A stretch of DNA of 64,000 bases, taken from the NCBI GenBank assembly GCA_028534125.1, contig CM052817.1, positions 17,734,001-17,798,000 on the forward strand. The letters are read 5' to 3'. The translations under genes were made by a program, and so were the position numbers. Each line of letters opens with the position of its first letter. Position 1 is the stretch's first letter. Source of the DNA: Lama glama (lineage: Eukaryota). Of this stretch, positions 1 through 10,955 are shown piece after piece. The notes beneath the pieces are model-generated. The model saw only the letters and a list, made by a program, of their open reading frames with translations. It was not told the origin of the DNA and did not search any database.

Positions 1-750
1 AAGATTACATTACAATGGGGCGAGGCACGGAGTAAACACAATACACAGACATGATATATGGTACGTTAGTTTATGATAAGTACCTTGGGAAAAATAAAGG
101 AGGAAGGAATAGGGAGTATGAGGAGTTACTTTTGTGAAGGGTGGTCAGGGAAGGCCTCATGGTGATGACATTTAAGCAAAGACCTGAAAGCAGTATGCCA
201 AGGAGTCAGAAGGCATCTGGGGGGAAAGAACGAAGGTGGAAGGCGAGTGTGCCTGGCATGTCCGAGGAACAGCAAGGAACGCTCCTGGTTAGGGCTCAGT
301 GAGCAAGGGGAAGAGGTGAGGTCACAGAGGTCATGGGGTTTGGGCAGCAGATCAGATTGTACAGGTCCTCAGAGGAAAAGGAGGAAACCTCAGGAGAGTT
401 CCAGAGGGTTACTCTGAATGCTCTGATGAAAATAGAGAGAGGGAAGGCAAGAATGGATGAAGAGAGAAACAGTGAGGAGACTTCCTGGAAACCAGGTGAG
501 AAATGAGATGAGTTAGCCTGGGCTGGTTGCCATGGAGATGTGGATGTGTTTAGACTGTGGGTCTATTTTGAAGGTGGAGCTAGCATGATTTTGTCAGATT
601 GGATGTTGGATGTGAGGGGGAATGGAGGCGAGAAAGACTCTAAGGTTCTTGGCTCAAATAAGCAGAAGAGTGGAATTGTCATTTCCTGGGATGGAGAAAG
701 ACCAAATGCAGGGGGAGCATGTTTTAGAATGAAGATGAGTTGTGATATGA
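1..750 (-). mobile_element. LINE2 (L2) relic
   Basis: Purine-rich stretch with the antisense L2 hallmark GTGGTCAGGGAAGGCCTC...TGACATTTAAGCAAAGACCTGAA. Boundaries approximate. Confidence 0.75.
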
Positions 751-1124
751 CTTGGAGTTACCATGGCTTTCCATGGCTGTGGGTCTCAGATGGTCAGGAT
801 TCCAAGTTAAATTAGTGGCTGGACTAGACCATGACTGAAATTCCTTCTTGGGATGAAGGCTCAAAGGAATATGTGCCCATGGGGATTGTCTTCCTCCTGA
901 GCCTTGCACTGAGATATTGCCTTAAATGTTCTTACACCTTCTCTTTTTCTGTGTAAAATATTTAATCAAAGGGATAGGCAAATGCACACACACAACCTTG
1001 AAAGCAATTAAGAAACTTGATTTCTTGTCCACTACATAACCAGCAGAACATGAGAGCCCCTATTAAAGGACTCACTGTCCTGCCGAAATGAAAAACTCAC
1101 TTCAGTTCTACATTTGTGGGTCTC

Positions 1125-1132
1125 TGACGTCA
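1125..1132. promoter_or_regulatory. Full CRE palindrome (TGACGTCA)
   Basis: Exact match with an intact CpG, ~0.7 kb upstream of the CpG island. Function untested. Confidence 0.4.
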
Positions 1133-1357
1133 TCAAGACACCAGTTCTAGACAATGTCAGGCGAGACTGGTACAGAAACCACACCCGGGCAATCTGAAAT
1201 GTGCCCTACTGAAGACTGCAACCAGGAATTCACTGGACAAGTAAGTAATCCAAAAAGAAAGAAAGCATTTCAAAAAGTTGTCACTAAAGCAACTTTTTAG
1301 TGAAACAATACCTAAAATTTGGAATGAGTATTTCAACAAACACATAAAAAGCTCAAG

Positions 1358-1483
1358 GAGGGAGAAGGGTATATATAGCTCAAGTGGTAGAGTGCATGCT
1401 TAGCATATGCAAGGTCCTGGGTTAAATTCCCAGTACCTCTTCTAAAAACAAATAAGTAAACTTAATTACATCCCCTACCCCCC
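1358..1483 (+). mobile_element. Camelid tRNA-derived SINE (Vic-1-like)
   Basis: A-box TAGCTCAAGTGG, degenerate B-box GGTTAAATTCC, A-rich then C-rich tail. TSD AAAAAG(C/G)TCAAG at 1346-1357 and 1484-1495. Confidence 0.88.
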
Positions 1484-1789
1484 AAAAAGGTCAAGTCATA
1501 TTAGTGGAGGAAAGAAAAAAAAAAAAGAACAGAAACAGATATACAGGGATTACTTCAAAAGGCTAGGAAGAGAGATGAAGGGGAAGAAATCTTTTCAAAA
1601 CTTGTGTCTTCGAATGGCTGGCGGAATCTATGCAACAATGCGGGAGAGTGCAGAGAGCAGAATTTTTTCCCAACCCAACTCGCCGGAGCAGCGGGGGTAG
1701 ATCAGAAAGAAAACAACCAATTGCTAGAAAAGAGTAGGTAAGGGAATCCAAACTTGTTTTAAAGCAAGTAAAGTAGTGGCCAGACTGAG

Positions 1790-1809
1790 TGACTCAGAGG
1801 TATGACTCA
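1790..1809. promoter_or_regulatory. Tandem AP-1 sites (TGACTCA at 1790-1796 and 1803-1809)
   Basis: Two exact consensus matches at the upstream edge of the CpG island. Confidence 0.45.
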
Positions 1810-1819
1810 AACCCGACAG

Positions 1820-2460
1820 TGGGGGCCGTCAGCTCGCGGAGGCCGGGGGCGCGGCGTCAAGCACATTTTAGGAAAGTACCAGGCGCGTGGAGGGCGACAG
1901 GAAACCTCCCCGGGGAACGGCCTGGGGCTCCTCCTGCCCCAGAGTCTGACCTCTTACCATCCGCACCAGGAGGAGTTTCTAATCCCCTGGCTTCCTCTTC
2001 TTTCAGAGGCCGCCGCCCCACTACCCCTGCTTTCCTTCCACAAAGCATCACGCGGCGTGTGTGTGCGAGACGTCTGGCCCCTTCCTAGCCGCCCGCCCCG
2101 CCACGCGCCCCCCCGCCCCGCCTCCGCAGCGAGCCGCTCCCTTCCCACCCCGCCCGCGCTCGCCGCCCGGGCACGCGCGGCACGAACAGCGCCCGGAGCT
2201 GCTCTAGACAAACACCTGTCCCGCCTGGGCTCCGCGAGATTTGGGGCGAAAGCCTAGGCAACAGTGGCCGCGTTCTCGCGAGGTTTAGGAAATTTCCCAC
2301 GGCCCGTGTTGTGTCTGAATCGAGTAGTGGAAGGCGGTGGGAAGGAGGTGTAGCGTGAGACGGGACTGCCCGCATTGGGCACATGCGCAGTGCCGCTCGC
2401 GCGTGCCGCGCCAGTCCTGCAGCGCCTAGAGCAGGTTTCGGGCTATGGATTCCAGCTCTC
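1820..2460. promoter_or_regulatory. CpG island, upstream lobe; distal RBPJ promoter
   Basis: Dense CpG, GC boxes (CCCCGCCCC), RFX-like CCTAGGCAAC (2253-2262), TCTCGCGAG (2274-2282), reverse CCAAT (2374-2378), NRF1-like GCACATGCGCA (2379-2389). Confidence 0.85.
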
Positions 2461-2554
2461 CGGGTTTTGGGGCTCCCTGTGGGAGGCAGTGCTGGATCTG
2501 GGAATCTCTAGGAATTGAAAGGGCAAGGGTGGGGGGAAGGAAGAAGTGCTGCAG
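2445..2554 (+). CDS. RBPJ: Candidate RBPJ upstream alternative first coding exon (MDSSSPGFGAPCGRQCWIWESLGIERARVGGRKKCC-R)
   Basis: ATG in GCTATGG context, 110-nt open frame, donor CAG|GTAGGA in phase 2 compatible with exon 2. The end ...TGC AG| resembles the recalled human MGGCR first exon. Confidence 0.5.
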
Positions 2555-3074
2555 GTAGGAAGGAGGGAGCGGGGTTCGGGCCCTGCACCTTTCTATTAAA
2601 TGCCTAGACGGGCCAAGTTTACTCGGGGGCTTCCAGGCTTAGGTCGCCTGAGATACACTTCGGGCAATGAGCAGCGTCCTTGACTGTGCGAGGCCCACGG
2701 GAGGATCTTGGCAGAGTCTGTCTCCCTATACACCTGGGTTCACACACTTCTGGGGGCTGGATGAGGTTCTAGGGAGGCTTACACTACAGGCAGCTCAGTC
2801 CAAGAGGGACCTCTGGCTTCAGCGCGGAGTGGGGAAGTGGTGGCTCTCAATTACAACCTAGTATTCACCTCTGGAGAAAGCTACGCGGCGCGCTGGCGTG
2901 TGTATGCGAGGTGGACTTGAGGGGTGTTTTTGCCAAAGGCCTGACCTCATTTTACACCCAAGGAAAAGAAAGCTAAGGCAACAGAACTCAATTGCAAAAG
3001 TTTTCCTTTTACAGAGCTCTGGAGAGTCGAAACACGTTGTTATCTTGTCTGTCTCTCTGCTAGCATGGGGGTCG

Positions 3075-3191
3075 AATGAACTGAGAGAGTTCCTGGTTTA
3101 CTTGTCCGAACTCCAGGCATCTCTGTAGCTCCAGCACCTAATGCTAACATTACCATAAAGGAGGCGTCCAATGAACGTTTGAATGAATGAA
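3075..3191 (+). mobile_element. L2 3'-end relic between the two CpG lobes
   Basis: Ends in the L2-type tail CAATGAACGTTTGAATGAATGAA, preceded by CTCCAGCACCTA. Confidence 0.5.
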
Positions 3192-3428
3192 AAGGGCTGG
3201 GAACTAAAGTGAGCGGGAAGCCACTTGGAAAACACCCATTTGGGGAGGTGTTTCATCTAGGCCTGTGAAACGCGGCAGATTTTCCCAGGACCCCTCCTCC
3301 CTTCCCCTCGGCCCCGCCTCCTGACCCCTCCATTCCCCGTCCCCGTTGTAATCCCCTCCGGTTTTCCTCAGTCTCCACGTACGTCCCTCAGGGCGCGTCC
3401 CAAAACCCGGATAACCGGAGCGCTCCCC

Positions 3429-3487
3429 ATGGACCAGACGGAGGACTCGCCCGCGGAGGAGCAGCCTGCGCATGCTCCATCGCTTGG
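3429..3487 (+). CDS. RBPJ: RBPJ alternative first coding exon, long-isoform N-terminus ([20 protein letters not shown])
   Basis: Translation closely matches recalled human [20 protein letters not shown]. Donor GG|GTAGGT, phase 2. Confidence 0.92.
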
Positions 3488-3700
3488 GTAGGTTTCCAGG
3501 GAAGGCTGCGAGCTGGATCCCCTACTCCGCTGGCGGCGCGAGGCGTCTGGCTCTTCGCGGCGGCTGCGAGGGGAAAAGGAGCGCGGGGGCTGGGTGGAAT
3601 CGAGGAGTGAGGAAAAAGGGAAGGGGCGGGGGAGAGGGACCAGGGAAGGCATCAGGGGGAATCTCGCGAGGGTTGGAGTTTTGGCGAGAGTTTGTGGAAG

Positions 3701-3720
3701 ATGGCGCCTGTTGTGACAGG
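3701..3720 (+). CDS. RBPJ: RBPJ alternative first coding exon (MAPVVT-G)
   Basis: AAGATGG strong Kozak, ATG GCG CCT GTT GTG ACA GG, consensus donor |GTAAGT. Identical to the recalled MAPVVTG isoform start. Confidence 0.95.
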
Positions 3721-3850
3721 GTAAGTCTGGGGGAATCGGAGCGCTGGGAACCGGGAAAGTTGCGGGCGTCTCGCAGCCCGCGGCGGGTTCGGGGGCTGCG
3801 GTGCGCTCGGTGTCCGGGGGCCGCCGGGGTGGCGACGCGTTCGCCAAGCG

Positions 3851-3956
3851 CGGCGGCGGCGGCGACGGCGGCGTGTGGCCGTGCGCTGCCCGCTCTGCGC
3901 CGCCGTGGCTCGGGCTCCGGCGCGTGAGGGCGGGCGGCGGCGGCGGCGGCGGCGGC
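3851..3956 (+). repeat. Two CGG/GGC trinucleotide tracts (interrupted tract 3851-3873; pure (GGC)8 at 3933-3956)
   Basis: Read directly from the sequence. Confidence 0.9.
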
Positions 3957-6900
3957 GAGGCCGGCGGGTGCGGGCGTGAGTGCCGCCAGGCGCGCGGGGC
4001 CCGCGGGCGTCGTGCCCGCCGCGCATCTCCCGCGCCGCCGCTCTCGGGCCCTGCCGCCCGGCCCCGCGCAGCTTTGTTCCTCGCGGCCGTCGTCGTCTCC
4101 TCGCCGGGCCGGTGCCCCCGGCCCCGGGCGCTTTGTCTTTCCCCGCTGCCCCCCGCGACTCTACCCCTGGCCCTTTGTTTCCCCGCCTTGGGCGCTTTGT
4201 CCGACCCGTCGCGCCCCGCATCCCTTCTCCATCTCCTCCGCTCAGCTGTCTTTCCTCCGGTGCCCCTTTGTTGTGCCCCTCTCTGTTCGGTGCTCAGTGA
4301 CCTGCCACAGCCCAGGGACCAGGTTTCTGTCTTTTAATTTTTCTCCCATTATTTTTTATCATGCTTTCCCTCTCACCTTTCTGTTTGGTTCTTGATCACC
4401 CCCGGAGGCTTTGTCTCCCCCATCCAGGGGCTTATTCGCTTGGCACCCTCCTTCCCCTCCCATCATCGGTTGATTTATCCACTACCCACGGTGTTTGTCG
4501 GCTCAACTGTCTCAGCCCCGGGGACTCCATCTGGTGCTTCTGCGTGCAGACGGACCCTACGGTTTGTTGTTGTTTTTGTGGGTTTGAAAGATGTGGGGGG
4601 ATACTAGTTTCCTCCTCCGCGCTCCTCCTCTCCGCACCCTTTTCTCTCGGGACTGCGTGCACACCTCCCCACTACCCCTTTCTCTGTGGATTACAATGTC
4701 TTCAGTTTTCTTCCCGGTCTCTTTGGGCCCGTGGTTGTTTTGCTTGGAAACAGTAGCCCTGGAAAAAGATCTGGTCTCTTGGTTATTGGCCCCCGCCCCT
4801 TGGTTTCTGACGGCCTAGGCCAAGGGCAGCTGTTTTAGCTGTGCATCTGGATTACCTGAGGGTATTGTAGGACGGTTAGAAGAGGCGTAAGGTGTTTTTA
4901 ATCTGATGATGTGTGAGAATAGTTGCAGATACTCACATTGGATATTTATTATGTATGTCCGTAGCAGTTGAGTGATTTTCGGCATTTAAAAACTTGTGAA
5001 TGTTGGGATGGAGAATTTCAGCGTTTTCAAGACTTTACTTCTAGAGTTATTTTACCAGTAACTCCTGCTTCGTAAGGAAAAAGAGAGGGCATCCTGCTTA
5101 AGAATTTTGATGTTTTACGCTTTCTTACTTTTTAGATAGTTTGCAATTACGTGCTTTTGCTGTGCAAATTTTTGACAACCCTTCTGACCCATCTTTGGAG
5201 TTGAAATGAGGAAAGCGCTTAAGAGTGCAGTTTGGGTTGATGAATACTGCTTCTAGAATCTTTGTGGAATGCATTAATCAAATATAATTAAAAGACTTTT
5301 AAGTAATAGTCTTAAGTAAGGTAAAGGCACTTCTAGAGTTAAAGGAGCTTTAATTTGTTCAGAGTGCTTATTGTAATGATATTGTTAAAAGCTTGAGTTT
5401 TGTGGCTGTGGGGTGGGGGAGGGTGATATAGTGTATTTAAATAGCCTGAATATTCTGGTACTGGGAATAGAGGTATTAGATTTACCGGAATTACTAGGCT
5501 GACTATGCTGTTCAGGAGGTCGTCCCCCACCCCGCAGTTGATCACTGCTTTTAGATGTTACTCATAAAATGATTTGGAGTGTCTTTTCATTATTAACTAA
5601 AGTTTACATGAAGTGCAGCTACTAGAGGCTATACAAGTGTGAGGAATGTTGGCAGAGTGGAAAGCTGCTTTTTTTTCTCAAAGACTGTGATTAGAATTAG
5701 TATGAGTTAGCTTGAATTTTAATTAATGGAAAATAACCTTTTATGATTGATACATGAGGCTTTTGTGGAAATTTGCAATCTAGGCTCCATGAGTGCGTTT
5801 TACTCGTAATCATTTGTCTCTCTTTTTCTTAGTGCAGAATCATTCTTTTGAAGGTAAAATCTTGAGCACACTGTTGTTTCTTACTGTAAGCAAAGTGTTA
5901 ATACCTTGTAATGGAAGGTATTTTGCTCTGACTTGTACAGATAAGAATGGTCACGCAAACATAAGCAGCTTTCAAAAATCAAGTTGTACTTTTTGTTCCT
6001 AAATCATGTACGGCTTTTATTTTGTGATCAGATAAAACAGTACCTTTATTAGATTATATCAAACAGCAGCATGTCTAGAAACAAACGGGACACCTTTCAT
6101 TCAGAGTATTGATGATCAAAGCTTTAAATTTATTGTCCATGCATACTGCAGAGGGTATATTTCAGGAAAAAATATAAGAGGCTCACTTGGAGTATCTTCA
6201 CACCGATTCTAATACATGGGTCTAGGTATTAGACTTTAAATAGATTTGTTTAAATGTTACCTGTTGTTCCATACTGACAGATCTCTATAGTGTCTTAAGT
6301 GACTAAGATAAAAATGATTTTATGTGGGAAAAAAGCCACTCTTGCCAGCTGTAATTCATTAAATAATCTTTGGCACTCAGGAGGGATAAAATATTAGGGA
6401 AAAAATGGTATATTTGAAGGTTCTTACAAATCTTAATTGTGGTGTTCAGTCATTTTAAAAAATAAATTTTAAAAACCTAGGACTTGGCTTTAAAACATTA
6501 TTTCACATTTTGCTTCCTCCTAATAGTAAATTTCATGTTATTTCAACTAGGGGCAGTATTTTCTCATGGATTGACTGAAAGTTGTTATTTTTGGCATTTG
6601 GCTTTGTGATTATTTCCAAGTTACTCTACTTCCCCTGGGCCAGTTTCCTAACTCTGTAGTAAAATGGGAATTGTAGTAACTTGCCACATCTGCACAGGAT
6701 TGTTGTGCCTTAAGATTTGCAGAGAGCATCTTTGGATGAAAGGTGTGGTTAAAAGTCTAGGAATTGTTACTGAAATAAGTAGGTCATATTTTATAGGAAA
6801 TCAAGTAGGAGGTTATGAACTAAGTTCTAAGTCACAGTGGTGATAGTGGGATAAAAAAACGAATATGTTTTATAGTTTGGGTAATAAAATAGATACTTTT

Positions 6901-7269
6901 TTTTAATAGAGGGGGATGGATAAGTCAAATTACAGGGTGGTGTGTGTGTTGTATAAGAGACTGAAGATCTGTCAAACTCAAATGTAATAACATTATAAAA
7001 TTATGGAATGCTTTTCCTCTCTTGATTTCCTTTCTGCATGTGGTAATTTTTTTTTAATGGTAGCATAAAATGTTTTCATTAGATTCTAGGCCAAATCTGT
7101 TAATAGTAATGACTAATTTTCAGTGTACCTTTTTTTAATGCTTTGTCATTTACACTCAAAGATATTTTCTAACAACCAGGGCCATATTTTCAGACTTAAC
7201 CCTTGACCTAGGAAGGTGTTTTGCATTTGGGAGACACTATAGATATTTATTGAACAAACAAAACCTGTT

Positions 7270-8285
7270 GCTTCTCTGTTCCTGGTAGATGATGTCGTGT
7301 CCCAGTAGTTCCCCAAGCCAGGTTTCTGTATTTCTCTCTCACACTAACCCTTTACATTTATATAATCACTAAGAACTGATAATTTTCCCTACTGAAAAAT
7401 CTCTTTAATCTGTCTCCTTCATCCTCATTGCCACAGTTTGTGCTCTCATCATTTCTCACCTGGATTACTACAGACGTTGGCCGCTTCCTCTTTGTGCTTC
7501 TAGACTCACCCTCTTTATCCCACTTCCACAGAGTCTTTCTAAAGAGCAAATCTGATCACTTCACTCCTTAGTTTAAAAACCTTTCAATGGCTCCCCCTAG
7601 CAGCCTTCATTAAGAGAGGCAGCGGAGTAGAGAATTTATGAGCTCACATTTAGGATTTAATCTGAACTGGGTTCCAATTCTGTCTCTGCCATTTAAAACC
7701 TCTGTAATTGACAAGCAATCTCACCTCTCCTTGCCTCCTCCATCAGTTGCAAGGTAATTATTCTTAGCTCAGTGTGTTGCTGTGAGTATTAAGCACAGGA
7801 AAACGTTTTAGGACGCCTGGCACATAGCAAGTGCTCAAAAAATGTTAACTGTCATGGCATAGAGGGTTCTCTATAACTATTTCATTTACCTTTCCTCCAG
7901 TTGAACTGTTTGTCTTTCTCTCCTTTCATATTCAATTCTCCATCTGTATTTAAGAACTTGGAGTTCCTTGCATGGCCTCAGCAGTTTACTGTATCCCTGT
8001 GCTTGAAAAGTGCTGGTGTTAGTAGGTTATTAGTCAAGATTTCTATCTGAGGATACTCTAACCAGATCCGCCAGGCTGGGTTCATTGCCCCTCCTGTGGG
8101 TTCTTAAAGAACTGAGTATAATTCTCTTGGAAGTGTCATACTGAATTGTAATTGTCATACCCAAAGGCTGTTGCTTACCTGATGGCAGATAGCATTTAAA
8201 AAAAATCATTTATATATTCTTATCCTTAAAAGAGTGTCTCGAACATGATAGGGACTCAGTAAAAAGGTTTTTTGAACAGAGGATT
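7270..8285 (+). mobile_element. L2 relic interrupted by a MIR (MIR at ~7615-7850)
   Basis: L2 motifs CAAATCTGATCACTTCACTCC...AAAACCTTTCAATGGCTCCC. MIR motifs CTGGGTTCCAATTCTGTCTCTGCCA...CCTGGCACATAGCAAGTGCTCAA. Confidence 0.7.
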
Positions 8286-10004
8286 CAGAGTACTTTGAAA
8301 CCTTGATACAACACAGTTTGTATAAGCAGCAGTTGATGTATACAGGGAATATATTGATTCTATAGGGAATTTAATTGCTGAAGTACCCAAAGGAGTTAAT
8401 ATTTTCTGCTATAGGCAGTCTTATCGCTCCTGTGAACATTGTATTAAAACTCGTAGGCAGAAGTTCCTTTTGGGTTATTAAAAAATACTGTATTGTTTAT
8501 ACAAACTGACAAGTTTAAATACCACATTTTGTTTTTTGTATGGTGGACTATCCAGTGTTTCTCAAAAGTTTCCATTATTTTTAAGTAATTCTTAGATGCA
8601 TAGGAATGTACATTAAGACACCACAGCCTTTTTTTGTGGGGGGGAGGATCCATGCCTTCGAACCAAATAATAAATTGATAATCTTCAGGAAGACTCAGGT
8701 TTTGTGGACAGATTATTTATAGATAATTTCTCGAAGCTTCAGGTTCTACCTCTATAAAGTAGGGAATGATAATTTTGTTGTATTTATCTGCCAGGCACAT
8801 TGTGAGTATCAAGTAAGGTAAAATGTGAAATTATGAAGGTCAAATAAAACTATATGTAAGTGATTTGTAAATTGTAAAGCACTCTGTACAAATACTTTAA
8901 TTATAATAATCGGTTTCTCCTGGTAACTTTTCACAGGCAGGGTTCAAGATGGACTTTTTATATTGCAGCTTGTGGTTTGTGGGTCATGTTTTAGGAAGGC
9001 AGCAGTGTATTTAGTACAGAGGACCGCAGCCCTTGAAATATGTGCCTTGGCATTTTGAGCAGACATATTTGGTAAATTACAGCCTGACCACAGATGTTGT
9101 CATTGAGTCACCCCCAACTTTTTGGGGTCTGCTGCTTATTGCTCTATTCTCTGCTTGGGCAGCCATAATGATGTAGGAATGTTGAATTCCCAACTGCTAC
9201 CATCTCTCAGACACCCTGCCCACAGTTCTGGATGTTAGACCTGGCACAACATGATCGCTTATGCCTCATTAGGCCTGCTTCTACCTCAGGGAATGAAATA
9301 ATATGCTAATGGTGTGAAAAGGGTAATGCATTTCCTGAACACAACTTACTACTGGGGAAAAGCAAGCATCAGAGGCACTCTGGCTTGGTTTATATAATTG
9401 GTAGTAATTACTTATACGTATAAATATTTGTATAGGTTTGTTGTGTTGAGACGGTGCAGAGTGATAAGCATGATAGCTCTTCAGTCAGGTTGGTCAAATT
9501 CATGGCAGTTTGGGGAATATTTGTACTATTTTAAATTTATAAAAATGAAAAGATAGAAACCCCTGCTTCTTAGGTATCCTAAGTTGCAAAGCCTTGCAGT
9601 GAAAGTGCTGTGCCAGTTGAATGTGAGATGGAATACACTAGAAAGTTAAGTTGACCCTTTTAAATTCCCCTCCCATGCTTTCTTTTCCTATTCAGTAGTT
9701 TTAACCTCGCCTTAGAGCTGTTCTGTGCATTGTTAATTAGATGCTAGAGTTGTAAATGAATAAGAATAATTTCTTATAAAATGTTTATATAACTAGGAAA
9801 TGTTCATTACTTTTTGAAACCTTTTTTTTTTATTAGTGTGGTAGTGTGGTACAGATTGTGTTATATAACAGCAATATTAGTTGCCCTGTAAAATAGAGAA
9901 CCAGTGGTATGGATTTTTCTTTATTATTTTAAACAACTTATTTTGGAACAAAGGTCTTCCCTTTTTGGAAAACTGCAAATCCACTAAGATCTTGCTTTTT
10001 TTTC

Positions 10005-10385
10005 TTTTTATGGAATTTATTTTTAGAGCAGTTTTAGGTTCACAGTAGAATTAGGGGAAGGTTACAGGTATTTCCCATGTACTCCCTGCCTCCACACAAA
10101 TAGTCTCTATTATCAACATCCCCCAACAGAGTGGTACATTTGTTATAATTGATGAACTTAAGTTAACACATTATTATCTTCCCAAGTCCATAGTTTACAT
10201 TAGGGTTCACTCTTGGTATACATTCTGTGGGTTTGGACAAATGTATAATGTTTCTACAAACGTATCTACCATTGTAGTATCAGAGTAGTTTCATTGCCCT
10301 AAAATATCCTTTGTGCTCTGCCTGTCCCCTGCTTGCGCCTCCCTTACCCCTGTCAACCACTGAACTTTTATTGTCTCCATAGTTA
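10005..10385 (-). mobile_element. L1MC-type LINE1 3' fragment
   Basis: TTTTAGAGCAGTTTTAGGTTCACAG...CCAAGTCCATAGTTTACATTAGGGTTCACTCTTGG is typical of the antisense L1MC 3' UTR. Confidence 0.8.
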
Positions 10386-10955
10386 CTGGCATACTTTTTC
10401 AAATAATTTAACTTTTGGTTTGAGTATGAAAAAATTTTTCATGCAAAAAACTATATAGCTTTGTACAAAGCTCCTGATCCATGCACCACCTGGAGGAAAT
10501 AGAAACACTGAGGTCCTCAGACATGAAGGGTTAAGGGAAATGAGTATAACTGTGCTTTTGTGGTTCTCCTTTATAATGGTTTTAATAACTTTTTATTTAT
10601 TAAAGAAACAGCTGAGTACTTGATAGGTATAAGACTGCTATATACTGGTCTTTAAAGATGGCTAAAAAGTGGTCCAGTGAAGCTCATGATTTAGTGGAAA
10701 GTATACAGACAATAAGGGGTATTATAAGTGTATTATAAGTGTTACAGATGTAGATGTTGGTGGGAACACAGGTGTGAATCATTATCTCTTAAGTTGAGAG
10801 GAGAATTCATGGAGAGTGGTAGGAAATAAAACTGGAAAACTGGTTGGGGCCTCTCGGAGGACCTTGGGTGCTAAGCTGAGAATTTGAATATTAATCAGGG
10901 ATATTGGGTTGGGGGCACTGAGCCTGTTTGAAGAGTTGAGGCTGAATGTAAAATA

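Larger units (their letters stand above)
3290..4300. promoter_or_regulatory. CpG island, downstream lobe; proximal RBPJ promoters and start of intron 1
   Basis: Very high GC and CpG density, GC boxes, TCTCGCGAG (3662-3670), YY1/TISU-like GAAGATGGCGCC (3697-3708). Confidence 0.92.

Noticed and set aside
526..539. RFX X-box-like GTTGCCATGGAGAT
   Set aside because: It lies inside an L2 relic away from the promoter and nothing else supports a function.
2293..2343. Paired CSL sites as a Notch-dimer SPS element
   Set aside because: The arrangement is TTCCCAC...GTGGGAA with ~36 bp spacing. SPS needs GTGGGAA-N15-17-TTC(C/A)CAC.
1789..4818. Many 60-190 aa ORFs on both strands across the CpG island
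   Set aside because: Low-complexity Arg/Gly/Pro/Ala translations are expected in stop-poor GC-rich DNA. Many start at GTG/TTG and none resembles a known protein.
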